From: Perkinsela sp. CCAP 1560/9
Lineage: Eukaryota > Protista > Euglenozoa: Kinetoplastea
NCBI GenBank assembly: GCA_965644495.1
Contig: CBFFSA010000008.1
Coordinates: 186,001-250,000, forward strand
Length of the DNA: 64,000 bases
Direction of reading: 5' to 3'
In this document: one piece after another, positions 11,110 to 23,226 of the stretch
Position numbering within the stretch: the first letter of the stretch is position 1
Layout of the letters: each line of letters begins with the position of its first letter
The notes under the pieces: generated by a model
The model's input: only the letters and a program-made list of their open reading frames with translations
What the model was told of the DNA's origin: nothing
Databases searched by the model: none
Translations under genes and position numbers: made by a program

Positions 11110-12565
11110 GACAGGACCGATGCCTTTGGACAGATAAAATGCCTCTGGAGAGACAAAATGCCTCTGGACAGATAAAATGCCTTTGGACAGATAAAATGCC
11201 TTTGGACAAATAAAGTGCCCTCGGACAGGAAAATAGCCTCCCATCCATTAACCTTCCTCGCCATATTCATCAGTGGTGGAGCTCCTCCGCACGGGTAAAT
11301 TAGGTCACACAGCTTTCATCTTCTCTGTGAGCTCACCCGCGCTGCTTGTCCGCGTTCCACAATCCTAGACATAGATTCTCAGTGCGCGACCCGCGCGCTG
11401 GAGCTTTGCCTCCAGAAGTGGGCTTTGCTCACGGTTGGGCCTTGCTCGCAAAAGAGGGCTTTTGCCTCCAGAAGTGGGCTTCGCTCACAGTTGGGCCTTG
11501 CCTCTGGCCAATCCTGCGGAAGGGGTAGACATAGGTTCTCAGTGCGCGACCCCGGAGGGCGCGGGTCGCCAAAAGATATAATTCTGTCCCAGCGCTAGGC
11601 ACCTGCACCCTTATCTGTCATAGAAACTCACACCCTTATCTGTCATAAATGCACCCTTATCTGTCATAAATGCACCCTTATCTGTCATAAATGCACCCTT
11701 ATCTGTCATAAATGCACCCTTATCGGTCATAATGCACCCATATCTGTCATAATGCACCCTTATCTGTCATAAATGCATATATATATGCATATCGCTATAA
11801 TGCATATCGCTCACGCGACCCCCGCTAAATAGGGGGGGAAGGTGGTAGTTGTGGGGTATGGAGGCCTCTCGCAACTCCGGGTCCTCACCGGGAGCAAAGG
11901 TGAATTTATTGGTCTCCCCAACTTGACACTATGCGCAGCATTCGCCAGTTTCTGTCGCAGACGTGTAAACAAGGTCTGGTCCATTGGCCCGGCCGGCCCC
12001 TCCGTGCGTTCGGCCTCTCATATTCCCCAAAACAACTACCACCTTCCCCCCATTTATCAGGGGTCGCTCGCGCGACCCCCGCTAAATAGGGGGGGAAGGT
12101 GGTAGTTGTGGGGTATGGAGGCCTCTCGCAACTCCAGGGCCTCACCGGGAGCACAATTGAGGTTACCTATTTTCGCTCACGGTTGGGCCTTGTTCGCAAA
12201 TGGGGGCTTTTGCCCCTAGAAGTGGGCTTCGCTCACAGTTCGGCCTTGGCTCTGGACAATCCTGCGGAAGGGGTAGACATAGGTTCTCAGTGCGCGACCC
12301 CAGAGCGCGCGGGTCGCCCAAAAATATAATTCTGTCCCAGGGCTACACTCCCAATTGGGCCTTGCTCGCAAACGGGGGCTTTTGCCTCCAGAAGTGGGCT
12401 ATGTTGACAGTTGACATTTCCCAATAATATATTTATCTAAATGTAGCCCCGGCACTGCCATCTGTGCGGATGGTACTAACACCGACCTTTTTTATTAGTG
12501 GCATTCTATCTGTCCATTGGCATTTTATCTGTCCATTAGTCATTTTATTTGTCCAGGGACATTTG
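11110..12565. repeat. Composite repeat block (probable non-autonomous element or elements)
   Basis: 19-bp ggacagataaaatgcctYt x5 (11128-11225) with inverted copies at 12500-12560; 20-21-bp gcacccttatctgtcataaat x~7 (11605-11775); direct duplication of ~11810-11895 at ~12067-12152; imperfect palindrome 12010-12125; modules of 11370-11590 recur at 12170-12400. Confidence 0.85.
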
Positions 12566-12685
12566 ACGTGTAAAGTGGCCCAAATTAAGATGCAGAAGAA
12601 AACATGACATACATTTTCCGTTTTTGACAAGACGACTTCGGCATCATTTTACGCGAATTACGCGCTTGCCATACGACAAGCAATA

Positions 12686-13354
12686 TCAATTATTGAGCGC
12701 GATCCTCTTTGGTTCATCCTCTGGGTAGGCTTCAGATGTGTACAGAGGGGACGAAAACGGCTCATAGTCTTTATAACACTGAGGAAAAACTTTCTCTACA
12801 GCTCTCTCCGCTACTCCACGACAGTTGGGGTTCTGTGATACGGAAAGAGTGGCACGTCGCTGGACACATCGCATTCCGGCGCCTATTGGGCTGTGGTGCC
12901 CACGTCCCCACTCCGCGTTCCACAGACATTCCCCGCTGAGCCGAGAGGCACGGACTTCCGAGCAGGCATGATGGAGACAATTGGACGGGTCGACCTCTGC
13001 CCTTGCGTCGTCGTAAGCATGTATCATTTCATGCAGGAGAAGCCGATGCAGTTCATTTTCTCCCCCTCTTACTGTATTTTGGTGTAGAATAATTTGCCCC
13101 TTTGCTCCATTTGGAGTATTTTTCCAAAGATAGCCTCCTTCTACGGCATGAGAAGCTGTGTTTTCGGCGAAAGGGAGATGAACCATGCTTGTTCTAGGGA
13201 ACTCTTTATGCGCGTTCTTGCTATCTACACATTTGATCATTCTGAAGTCAAAAGGCTCTTCTGTTAGAGTTTCAATCGCGCGTGCTACGTAGCGAATAGT
13301 ATTTACCGAATGAAGTGCTTTTTGGACACCTTTTTCGCAATCTGTGTGAAGCAT
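12686..13354 (-). CDS. ATP23: Mitochondrial inner membrane metalloprotease ATP23 (peptidase M76)
   Basis: HEMIHAYD, HHACSEVRASRLSGEC, CVQRRATLSV, CYKDYEPF. Confidence 0.93.
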   Translation of the reverse strand: MLHTDCEKGVQKALHSVNTIRYVARAIETLTEEPFDFRMIKCVDSKNAHKEFPRTSMVHLPFAENTASHAVEGGYLWKNTPNGAKGQIILHQNTVRGGENELHRLLLHEMIHAYDDARAEVDPSNCLHHACSEVRASRLSGECLWNAEWGRGHHSPIGAGMRCVQRRATLSVSQNPNCRGVAERAVEKVFPQCYKDYEPFSSPLYTSEAYPEDEPKRIALNN

Positions 13355-13853
13355 CACGATTTATTGCGATTCAGTGGCCGTTTTTCGACATGCAAGAAAA
13401 AATCTATTCAAGGAGTTAACGAAATAATTTGAATATGCCTAATTGATCTTAAATAGCGAACATGCATAGCCCCTGTAGGTTATACATGTAAATATGTAAG
13501 TACCTCGAACGTATAAGCATGTCGTTTTGTTCTATTTTTTAGCTAAAAGAATGATAGTATTAAAAATGCTTACATAATATTATTGTGTAATAATAATGCC
13601 TGTTTATTAAATAAACAAGCGTTTAAATCATAGAAGTTCCGAAAAAGACCAATTTTAGTTAATTCCCACAAAGTTGCTACAAAGCATTACTACAAGATGC
13701 GACTTTTTGTTTCAAAAGAACTTCATACGAACGAAACCTATATTGCAATAAATCAGGACGGAGAACTTTCGTCAAAATGTTTTAGAGAATATGAAAACGA
13801 AGGATGCAAATCTACTGGGATAGATGGAAAACAATTTCTGTAGAGTTATCATT

Positions 13854-16800
13854 CTACTTTCGGCGAAAGAATAGACTTCTTTTTCGACATTTTTTAGGCA
13901 CTCTCCTAAGTGTTATTTTTCGTAACGCGCTGTGCTGTTGAGTGATCTGTTCCCCTAATACAGAAGCTTCTGATCCACAGTGTTCTGTCCTCTCTCGCAT
14001 TGTTGGTAGTGGGAGTGTGCGAATCGTTTCATGGGCACTGATGGCTTTCCGGATAATACCGCTTCCCAAAGATTCTTTCATGCGTGCTATACGTGAGAGA
14101 AAGCCTGCCGCGCGACAAAGTTCAGTAGAACAGTGGGCCTTGTTAAGCGCTGATTGCTTCGAGTGTATGACAATTGGTGCGATCTGATGCAAAATTATGC
14201 AGTATGCCAATAATCGTGGAAGATGTTGAGTTGATATTTGCTCTTGATTCAATGCAGAATTTGACTTCATTTGAGCATATTTTTTCGGAAATAAAGGTGA
14301 TACAGCTCTTCGGAGATATGTGAGGACCAAACTTTGGGTCCGTTCTGAAACTTCGATAGCGCGAGTCAATTCCGTTATCATTACAAAAAAATTGATGCAG
14401 CGATTGACTGCGTCGTTGCCATGCTCTAGGTCAAAATAATGTACGTTAAGTGCGTGTGGCATCTCATTCGACCGAGATGTTAGACGAACCATGTTTTGAG
14501 CACCACATTGCAAGATTTGCTCAAGTTTCGAATTGGTTAACGAAAAAGGGTCTGAGCTAACCCCATCGTTGTCGCCTACGAGGCTCACAATTGGACTCAA
14601 GGAGAGACGAGAAAATACTTCAATAATTGCACCAAGTAAAGAAAATGTCATCATGCGGACATCTCCCTCACTATGAAGAATGCCACAACTCACATGACAA
14701 GCCAATTGGAATCCTTTCCAACTCTTCGCAAAAGCAGGGCGGCTTTCTTGCAAAAAAGATGTGATTCGTACGTACGATATGAGCGCGTCCATAAGGCAGG
14801 TTAGCAAGTTTGTATTAGGCGACTGCTTCTTTTTCATGAGTGTTTCTTGTTCGTTGTCAGGAAAGATAATGCCCGAGTAGTTGAGGTTGATTTGTACTTC
14901 CAAAATTTGTATGATATGCTGACCACATGTTGCACAAAGAGAATTGAGACCACTACTCTTGAAGTACTCCTCAATATTAGCGATTTGTTCAGAAGCTCGG
15001 TGTGAAATATTTTGGAAAAGAAGCTTCGAAACACTTACCCCCGTGTATTGTACTTCTTGGTCACAATCTTGTAGCCAACTTAAAATAATGCTTTTAACTA
15101 GCGTCAGAGATTCGCCGTCTTCTAGAATGCAGGAGAGCGCCGCTGCGGCTTGTTTGCGACATTTACTTGTGCCATCGCTTGCGAGAGAATGCGCAAGCAC
15201 GGACATGATGACATGCGCGTGTTCTGAAAGCACTTGCAATGGGCATCGCTTCATGAGAACATACATTAATCTGAGAACGCCGAATCGGGCGTCATCGGTT
15301 GGACATTTAGCGTGCGAAAGAAGGATATCCATGTAGGATTGTATATGATCAAGAGGAAGATAATCAGTAAAAAATATTGCGATGATGGCCAAACATCTGT
15401 TGCGCACTCCTCCATCCGCAGTTTGGATCATAGTTTCCAGGATCTTCGGCATGATATCAACGACCTCGATGACGTTCCATCTCCGTACCATAATAACTTT
15501 CAGTAGGGATAGTGCACTTGAAACATTACGCTTATGAACCACGTCAGCATGTATAGTCGAGACTATGACGCTAACGGTGGTCAATTCAGGTTTGCAGAAT
15601 ACAGGCTTCATGAGCAAAGATAACACCCTGAAGCAATTCGTCCTAATACTACCCCCACGGTCAAGAATGCCTAAGATACCCTCAAAGAGTCTCTCAACAT
15701 GTTCTTCCGAAAAAGGAGATCGGTGTTGAAATATTTCTTGCAATAGAAGGAGAACAGCTTTCACTGTTTCATCGCTGGCATCATGTCGAAGAACATTCAT
15801 AAGGAGAGGAAGAAAAACCGAAACGAAGTTATTGCTCAATACATCGAGCTCTTGTGTTGTCCGAATGTCCTTTGGAGCGGTAGAATCACTTTCGGAATGG
15901 AAACTCACATGAGAAGCATTGTCCTTTTCAGAAAATGTTTGAACGCAACCGTACTGAACGTTCCTTTTTCTCCAAATTTGCTTTGATAGTAAAAGCGCTG
16001 CTTCATTTGAGACATCTCGTATTTGATGTGTTAGAATTCCTTCATTTGTCATAGTAGTTTTTCGTAGCTTCTGCTTTCGTTGCCTCGAGAGATCAAGAAT
16101 AGGAGTTGACACAAAGTCAACGTCACGTCTCTCCGCAGGCAGCTGCAAAGAAAATGTATTCTCGAAATGCTTTGAGTAAGTTGCCCGTTGAACCTTACTT
16201 TCACTTTGATTCACTTGAAGCGCACTTCCGAAACCTCGGTCCTTGTCAAACTTACGAGAGATATGCTCGAGTGCAGAATAATTCGTTTCTAAGACCTGAA
16301 GAGCCAATTTCAACAAGATGTCGAAATCAGATTCCACATTTAAAATGAGTCCTCCAATAATTGCAAGCGCCATTTGACGTGCCTTGTTGACAGATACGCG
16401 GTCGGCAGTTGTCCTTTTTTCATTTTTCAAGAAACTTTTGTGGTTGGCGTCGGGTGATAGCAACCAACGTACAGTGCTTAACATGATTTCAAATTCCATT
16501 TCAGGATTCCCGATTTCTGCCAAGAAAGTCATCCCTTCTAGCGATCGATTTTTCTTGGACTCCTTCAGTGTACGCAACTTTCGTATCGTCTTTTCTTCGC
16601 CTACTTTGCCAAAATAGCTGTCCAGAAGTATTGCTGTAATTTCTTCACGCTTTTCTCTAATGACATTTCTTGCACATTTTGCACTGTGAATAACATCCTT
16701 ACAACGTATGAGAATGTCTATAATTGTGTAGCCCAGTACATGTACCTGGTACCCATCGGACAAGATAGCACGAGACTGCGATAAAACAAAAGGGAAATAT

Positions 16801-19800
16801 GAAGCAAACCCGAAAGATTGTAGCACATGTGTTAGAATTTCACGTACGCGATCCCGAATTGTTTCCTTACTTTTCGTTCGGAGATGCGTAACAAGAAAGC
16901 CTAAAAGTTTTCGTATTTCACTATTCACATAGTCCGTAAATGGAATCAAAGAATATGCGTGAAGCAGTGCATTTATCTGAACGGCTTGTAAGGTTTCACC
17001 TTCGATGGCGCATTGCAGGAATGGGATTATTTTCGTTACCAAATAAGTTTCAACGAACTTGCTCTTTTCGGCGGGAAATATTTTTATCAAACGCATTACC
17101 ATATTAGAAGCCAAGTTGTGAGACGGATATTTCTTCAACAATTGCAATATCCTATTGAAAATCCGTAAATACAACCTAGGAGGACAATGTTTGGCTATAA
17201 CGAGAAGATTTTTGAGTACCAAGCTCGTCAACGTACGCCGCTGTTGTCGTCGATAGGTCTTTTTATCGATCCCTTCAGAAGTTTCCATAGCAAAACACTT
17301 TCCACCGAGTCCCAATAATTGCAAAAGTTTGACTAAATGCGGAACAAAGTACAGAGCAGCATCTTTTATGCCTATCTTTGAGTGCGACAGTCCATATTCT
17401 AATTTCTCATGAAGCAGAACCAAACCTTTCGAATTTTCGGATACGTTCGGGGATTGAAGCAACACATACACGTTTTTCGAGTCTTGGGATGAATACATTT
17501 CGCGAAGCCCCTCATATCGATGGACTCCAAAAGAACTTCGGGCAACCACACCTAACAGACCCAATGCAGCCTTTCGAGCCCACGGCTGACTATGTCCTAA
17601 AAGTATTTGAATTTTTGGCATAATAACTGGAGTCAGTATTCCTTCATTAAATTGCAGTCTGGTCAAATGATTTTCCAAAAGCGAATAACTCGTGATCAGT
17701 GATTCAAGCACTGCAGAAGCGTACGTGTGAGAGTCGGTATTTTCAGCGAAAAATAGAAAAGATAAAATAAAGTGAACAAGGGCTTCATTCTCCTTTCCTT
17801 CTGGAAGTATTGATGGAAGGTGTATATCGCTAAACCTTTCAGTGCCAAATTCAACATCTTCTTCAGTCGTATTGTGCGGTAAACGCTTATCAAATTTATA
17901 GCAGTTCTTGTAGAAGAGCAACAAATATTCCCATGCATGATTTCTAGCCAATTGGTTTGGACGACTCACTTGCCGATCTTGTGCGTCAATACTATTCGCA
18001 AGAAGGGCGCGAACAATGCGATTAATACCAATTGTAATTTTGGAATCACTGATGACATCAAGCGCATGAGTAATATCCACCCGCATTGAATCGCTGCGAA
18101 TGGAAAAAAGCAATGAGGATAAATTGGAACGCATAGCAGGAAATTCCTTCGGGTCTGAAAACCTCACAAGCGATCGAATAAGCTGAATAGTGCTACGCAG
18201 CGAACTGCAGTCAGCAGTTTTAAACTTCTTGCCACATATTTCTTTACAATGCGAAAATAAAAATGTTAGTATCAGAGACGACCCACGACCTAGAAAGGCA
18301 AAGTCGTGAAGAGTTGGTTCAGCGCACGTTTTTTCTTCTGCCATCAAACTAAAAACCTCATTAATACACATTGTGCACGTGCGCAAAGTGGCGCTGAACA
18401 GCTGCTTCGATATTTCCGAATGACGCAGTATTGATTCAAACAGAAGTAATAATTTAGGAAGTCGGGGTTGTATTACCAGAGTAGGAAACGTGTTCGAATA
18501 TGAACAACAGGCTGATGCATCATTTAGATTGCTTTCCTTTGCACCCATTGCGCTCCTGGAAGTACAAATAATATCTAAATTATCCAACAAATATTTCAAA
18601 CGTGCTTCGCAAAGCTTACTTTCTTTTAGTAATAAAGACTTCCGAAAATCAAAAAGTGATGCGTCGGTCGCACATTCTTGGGGAAAGGAATCTAAAAACA
18701 ACGCTCGATCGAGTATTTCCGGAAATTCCAAGAGAAGGTAGTTAAGTGCACCGCATTTGATCCAACTTTTCATTAGTTCCTCAAAAACTGGCCGCGAAAG
18801 CTTCAAATTAAAAGTTGTCTTCAATATTCGTTGTACGTCGCTTCTAGGAAATATTGCAGAGTTAACAGAAGGTGAAAAAACATCTAAAATCTCGAACAGC
18901 AAGAATACCCCTTCCTGACAAGTTTTCGTGTATTCAGAAGGTGTAATATTAGACAATACTGTCGTGCGAGGTTTGTGAGCGTCCTGAAGTATACAAGAAG
19001 CAAGATAATGAATCATATCCAGTACGCAGTCAGACATAAGGTGGCGTAAATTACGCACCATGCTTCGTAAGAGAAAAACAGTGCGAGAAGCTCGTCGAGA
19101 TGCCGCATGCACATTAGTATCCTCAATGATTCCATGAGACAAAAGCGGTAATACGACTACGGATTTTATCGTTGCAGTATCAAATTTGCCAACAAAACGA
19201 AAGAGGTGTAGTGTATTAGGATTCCGATCCAAGTTATACAAAAGAGTCCTGCTAGCGATAATGAGAACTGCCATCAAAAAGCATATATCCGCCGCGCAAT
19301 CAATTCCTTCTAGTTGAAGACGCTTTATTTTGTGAGACCGAAATTTGGTCCTATGAAAGCCAAGATTCAAACAAAGTTCACTCAACGAGGGACCCATAGT
19401 GGAAAACGGCTCAATGAGTAAATTTTTGAGGCCTTCGATACAGGAAATTTGTATATTGGAGGATGGATGTTTCAAAAAACAAAGAAATATTTTTTGAAGT
19501 ATGGTTCGCACATCATCGGGTTCTAATTTAGGAACAACACCTTCTGTTGTACCTACAAGATCAATTAGAGAAGATTTGGACCAGAGCTCGAGCAACACCA
19601 GCAGTGTTTCGTCAGAAGCATTTCGAAAAGTGGAAGAAACTGACCAATTTATTGAACGTAGGTAACGCTCACCACTGTCGTGATCTTCAGATTCCGACGA
19701 TTGAAGGTAGGAAGGGGGAAGCAATGATGACCGCCATGCTTCCTCACAATCAAGTTTCGTTTCTTTCAATAACCAATGCCACAAAGTTACAATGAACTGA

Positions 19801-22800
19801 TGCGTTGCATCGCCAAGCTTTTTTCGAGGCTGCAAATGAAGTTTGCTTAGTTCATCGTTTTCCGAAGAAACAGATAAAGCAGTAGTTGAACCTTCTAATA
19901 CAGTTCTAGACGCTACCTTCTTTATATGTTTCTGTGATGCACTGTACTTCGAACATAACGAAACTAGAAGCCCGGTAACCATTTTCCAAAGAGCCCGAAA
20001 TACGGAAACAGGATCCGAGCACACTTTCTGAGACAAGATACTGCGAAATGGTGCCGGTAAACCAATTGTATCCTTGTACTCATGTCTTGTCGCGGTACAT
20101 TTCGTGCTGTCCTGGTCATGTAGCATACAACTAATCAAGTGCTCGTGCAAAACCCCGAGTGCAACAGGAAACGTGTGACACAATAGCTGAAGAATGAATA
20201 CACAGTGCTCGGATAGTGGAGTGTACTTGCAAAACATAAGACCTAATAAATGGGATGTAACAATTTCAATAACGCAATCTGATTCCAATGAGTCAATGTT
20301 AGTACGCACAACTTCTCGTAGATTGTGTAGTGCGCTGATTTTCAGTCGAGAAGTTTCAACAAGAAGCGGATCCAGTTTTTCGGCATCCGTGCACAATCTA
20401 ATAGCTGGATGATCGACAAGTTTTTGACTTAACAAAAGAGCATTATACCGCATGTCGGGGTGAGGGTGACGTAAAAATTTTTTAACAACATCGAAGCGGG
20501 CTTCCGACTTCCAATAAGTGCTAGACGTTGCTCGCACTATAACCTTTAACATTTCTGGAGAAAACAGAAAGCGATCCGAAGTATTCACTTGCTCGGAAGC
20601 ATCGTCCATGTGAATACGTTCCGTAACAAGTTGCAAAATATCTTCGAGAGCAGTAAGTGCAAGATCGGCCATTGTGTAGCTTTGCGATCCTGTTTCACCA
20701 GTAAGCACGGGACGCACCACTCGACACTCATCGCCGTTGAACGAACTTGTCACTACGTACCACAGATTCGCTATACAATTGTCAGTAAATACAATGTCCG
20801 CGTGATCAACATGCCATTTGTTTTCAAGTACATATTGAACCCATTCATTCATCAGACGTGTTGAATCTTCCAATTTTTCTATGTCACTGACAGATATCCA
20901 CCCAATAACTTTAAAATAATTAGAGATAAATGTCCTTTCATCAGGAACGTCAGTCTTCGATAGCGCATTAAGAACTCTACTGAAGGCACCTTGATTCACT
21001 TTGAGATTTACCAGCCAATTGTAGAGATCAAAATTTATAGCGATTTTAGTGCTATCGCCGTTTCGAACAATACATGAACTCTTCTTTCTTTTCATTGTGG
21101 TCGCTTTATCACATTTTAAAGACCATTCGCTGGGTTCCGCTTTATCTTCCCCTATAATCAGAGTTTCGCGTGAGTCTATAATGCAGGGACACAATGCAGC
21201 TAACAAATCTACAATACAGGGAATCATGTCTCTCGAACTAGAAACAATGTCGTGTGTTTCCATCTCTAAAGCGTAAATGTTCCTCTTGATTGCATCAGTC
21301 AGCGACTCCAGTAGCACAGGTAATATGCCGTAATCAAAAGATTCACCTGTCGTATTCATCCAAAATCTTGTGGCTGATGTGACTGATCTAATTCCATTCG
21401 CAGTAACAAATACATCGCTAAGAGTTTCTTGCAGCAATTTTTGAAAAATATCTGATGCATCATAGCAGGGATCTACCTTGGGGTACAATTTCACTATTTC
21501 CATGCAATAATAAGCGCAAAGATGCTGAGACTCAATGCATTTGTGCAAGACTTTGCCATCTGTTTGGCTCCCACTTTGTATGCTATCTCTGATCTCAAGC
21601 GCTAAGCGTAAGAGCCGATTAAAAAACATCGATTCCTTCATATTCATTGCTCGAGGTGCACTATCCAATACTTTTGTGATAAATACGAAGCAGATGTACG
21701 CGCTTGGATGAATACTGGTCTTTTCAAAATTCTGCTCTTTGTTTCGCTTTTGTGCAAAATCGATTTCCTGGCAAATGCAGTTGAATAGAAGATCCACATC
21801 GGATGAGGCCAATTTCTGCGAATAGCAAAGCTTTTTTAACGCGACTGCTGCAGCAGTAGGAATATAACTTAGAGAAAAAGAATGATCTACGCCGATGGGA
21901 GTTGAACTGCGCATTGAGACTCTTAGTGCTGCGCTAAACATGGACGCTGCATTTCGATGTAGATTCCCAACTAAAGTCCCTCTTGATACATTGTACAAAA
22001 GTGAAGACAAAAAGGAAGTTGCAAGTTTTGTACAACGCTCACGCTTCTTATCCAAGCTCCTAATCACTGTCGTGATAATGTGAAATAGCGTGACAAGGTA
22101 AGGCTCTATTTCCTCCGAAGCCACAACTTTGAGGGGAAATTCACACGCATTTGCGACCAATTGCCTCAGGGGCGCACTATCCGATAATAACATTGGCAAC
22201 AAAGCAAGAATAAGCTGCTTCCATTTAAGTAGGCGTTGACTGTTTTCTGTTTCTGTTTCCGTTTCATTGTTATCCCACACAACACTTATTCGTCTCTGCC
22301 AAAGGCAGCGAACTACAGTGTTCAGAACTGTACTTGTAACGTTCATGAAGGCCTCGTTCTGGATGACATTAGGAAGTGGTGACAGTGAGACTTCCTGGAC
22401 TGCAAAACTCAGATCGTCTGAAGTTCGTCCAAGATTTGTAAATATTACCCCAAACAATAGATAGCCAACACTGCCAAGTAGGACGCGGGGCAAGTGTAGA
22501 ATCGCGTTGTCGCCTGCATCCAGCACAATTGCAATAAGAAGTTTGAGGAGCTGGGGATGATTCGGCGTAATTGAGCTACCATTATACAGAAATGAAGTTT
22601 CAGATTTCTTCTGGACAGTGAATGACTGAGCCATTTTTGAGAGCTCCGTGTCATTAATAATAGTTTTTTTAGCGGAGAACGTTGGAGTTTTCCCTCCAAA
22701 AAAGACTGTGCCACACTCTTCCCGCAGTGCACCATGCACGAGCTCGATACAAGTTTGTACATTTAACTTTATTGAGGCAACATTACCTATCATGGTCTGT

Positions 22801-23138
22801 AAACGCGATCGAAGCGTGTGCAGTACGCGTGCATTACTATTCTTTACTACTGTTTTCTCATTGGCGGTGTTGTATTCTGTCACTAACTTATGAATAGCAG
22901 CCGCGGTGTGAGTCTGAAATGGGGGTGAAGGCTCCGGAGGGAAATCAAACTCACTGCCGTAAAGTACCAGGGATGCAGGAAACATTTTCGAACGTTTAAT
23001 CTTGCTCGACTTGAAAAAAGAACTTTTCGGAGACTTTTGTTCCTTAGGGTTCCCATAACGAGTTACGTCACGGTCGGAAGTTGCGACTTCAGACACTGAG
23101 CGGGTTCGCTTTCTTGTTTTTACCATTTTATCCGTCAT
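13854..23138 (-). CDS. UTP20: Small-subunit processome component UTP20 (HEAT repeats, DRIM)
   Basis: ~3090-aa helical protein with LSDGYQVHVLGYTI and YFGKVGEEK..LKESKKNRS motifs; first ATG at 23138. Confidence 0.85.
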   Translation of the reverse strand: MTDKMVKTRKRTRSVSEVATSDRDVTRYGNPKEQKSPKSSFFKSSKIKRSKMFPASLVLYGSEFDFPPEPSPPFQTHTAAAIHKLVTEYNTANEKTVVKNSNARVLHTLRSRLQTMIGNVASIKLNVQTCIELVHGALREECGTVFFGGKTPTFSAKKTIINDTELSKMAQSFTVQKKSETSFLYNGSSITPNHPQLLKLLIAIVLDAGDNAILHLPRVLLGSVGYLLFGVIFTNLGRTSDDLSFAVQEVSLSPLPNVIQNEAFMNVTSTVLNTVVRCLWQRRISVVWDNNETETETENSQRLLKWKQLILALLPMLLSDSAPLRQLVANACEFPLKVVASEEIEPYLVTLFHIITTVIRSLDKKRERCTKLATSFLSSLLYNVSRGTLVGNLHRNAASMFSAALRVSMRSSTPIGVDHSFSLSYIPTAAAVALKKLCYSQKLASSDVDLLFNCICQEIDFAQKRNKEQNFEKTSIHPSAYICFVFITKVLDSAPRAMNMKESMFFNRLLRLALEIRDSIQSGSQTDGKVLHKCIESQHLCAYYCMEIVKLYPKVDPCYDASDIFQKLLQETLSDVFVTANGIRSVTSATRFWMNTTGESFDYGILPVLLESLTDAIKRNIYALEMETHDIVSSSRDMIPCIVDLLAALCPCIIDSRETLIIGEDKAEPSEWSLKCDKATTMKRKKSSCIVRNGDSTKIAINFDLYNWLVNLKVNQGAFSRVLNALSKTDVPDERTFISNYFKVIGWISVSDIEKLEDSTRLMNEWVQYVLENKWHVDHADIVFTDNCIANLWYVVTSSFNGDECRVVRPVLTGETGSQSYTMADLALTALEDILQLVTERIHMDDASEQVNTSDRFLFSPEMLKVIVRATSSTYWKSEARFDVVKKFLRHPHPDMRYNALLLSQKLVDHPAIRLCTDAEKLDPLLVETSRLKISALHNLREVVRTNIDSLESDCVIEIVTSHLLGLMFCKYTPLSEHCVFILQLLCHTFPVALGVLHEHLISCMLHDQDSTKCTATRHEYKDTIGLPAPFRSILSQKVCSDPVSVFRALWKMVTGLLVSLCSKYSASQKHIKKVASRTVLEGSTTALSVSSENDELSKLHLQPRKKLGDATHQFIVTLWHWLLKETKLDCEEAWRSSLLPPSYLQSSESEDHDSGERYLRSINWSVSSTFRNASDETLLVLLELWSKSSLIDLVGTTEGVVPKLEPDDVRTILQKIFLCFLKHPSSNIQISCIEGLKNLLIEPFSTMGPSLSELCLNLGFHRTKFRSHKIKRLQLEGIDCAADICFLMAVLIIASRTLLYNLDRNPNTLHLFRFVGKFDTATIKSVVVLPLLSHGIIEDTNVHAASRRASRTVFLLRSMVRNLRHLMSDCVLDMIHYLASCILQDAHKPRTTVLSNITPSEYTKTCQEGVFLLFEILDVFSPSVNSAIFPRSDVQRILKTTFNLKLSRPVFEELMKSWIKCGALNYLLLEFPEILDRALFLDSFPQECATDASLFDFRKSLLLKESKLCEARLKYLLDNLDIICTSRSAMGAKESNLNDASACCSYSNTFPTLVIQPRLPKLLLLFESILRHSEISKQLFSATLRTCTMCINEVFSLMAEEKTCAEPTLHDFAFLGRGSSLILTFLFSHCKEICGKKFKTADCSSLRSTIQLIRSLVRFSDPKEFPAMRSNLSSLLFSIRSDSMRVDITHALDVISDSKITIGINRIVRALLANSIDAQDRQVSRPNQLARNHAWEYLLLFYKNCYKFDKRLPHNTTEEDVEFGTERFSDIHLPSILPEGKENEALVHFILSFLFFAENTDSHTYASAVLESLITSYSLLENHLTRLQFNEGILTPVIMPKIQILLGHSQPWARKAALGLLGVVARSSFGVHRYEGLREMYSSQDSKNVYVLLQSPNVSENSKGLVLLHEKLEYGLSHSKIGIKDAALYFVPHLVKLLQLLGLGGKCFAMETSEGIDKKTYRRQQRRTLTSLVLKNLLVIAKHCPPRLYLRIFNRILQLLKKYPSHNLASNMVMRLIKIFPAEKSKFVETYLVTKIIPFLQCAIEGETLQAVQINALLHAYSLIPFTDYVNSEIRKLLGFLVTHLRTKSKETIRDRVREILTHVLQSFGFASYFPFVLSQSRAILSDGYQVHVLGYTIIDILIRCKDVIHSAKCARNVIREKREEITAILLDSYFGKVGEEKTIRKLRTLKESKKNRSLEGMTFLAEIGNPEMEFEIMLSTVRWLLSPDANHKSFLKNEKRTTADRVSVNKARQMALAIIGGLILNVESDFDILLKLALQVLETNYSALEHISRKFDKDRGFGSALQVNQSESKVQRATYSKHFENTFSLQLPAERRDVDFVSTPILDLSRQRKQKLRKTTMTNEGILTHQIRDVSNEAALLLSKQIWRKRNVQYGCVQTFSEKDNASHVSFHSESDSTAPKDIRTTQELDVLSNNFVSVFLPLLMNVLRHDASDETVKAVLLLLQEIFQHRSPFSEEHVERLFEGILGILDRGGSIRTNCFRVLSLLMKPVFCKPELTTVSVIVSTIHADVVHKRNVSSALSLLKVIMVRRWNVIEVVDIMPKILETMIQTADGGVRNRCLAIIAIFFTDYLPLDHIQSYMDILLSHAKCPTDDARFGVLRLMYVLMKRCPLQVLSEHAHVIMSVLAHSLASDGTSKCRKQAAAALSCILEDGESLTLVKSIILSWLQDCDQEVQYTGVSVSKLLFQNISHRASEQIANIEEYFKSSGLNSLCATCGQHIIQILEVQINLNYSGIIFPDNEQETLMKKKQSPNTNLLTCLMDALISYVRITSFLQESRPAFAKSWKGFQLACHVSCGILHSEGDVRMMTFSLLGAIIEVFSRLSLSPIVSLVGDNDGVSSDPFSLTNSKLEQILQCGAQNMVRLTSRSNEMPHALNVHYFDLEHGNDAVNRCINFFVMITELTRAIEVSERTQSLVLTYLRRAVSPLFPKKYAQMKSNSALNQEQISTQHLPRLLAYCIILHQIAPIVIHSKQSALNKAHCSTELCRAAGFLSRIARMKESLGSGIIRKAISAHETIRTLPLPTMRERTEHCGSEASVLGEQITQQHSALRKITLRRVPKKCRKRSLFFRRK

Positions 23139-23226
23139 TGAACAAATGAAAAATATAAGCTTGCACAAAATAATTTATTTCTGTTTCTAGACACATGTGA
23201 AATGTTAGTAAAGTATTTTCGGCTCG

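Noticed and set aside
13942-22897. Numerous plus-strand ORFs inside UTP20 (and in other long genes)
   Set aside because: Antisense shadows of real CDS
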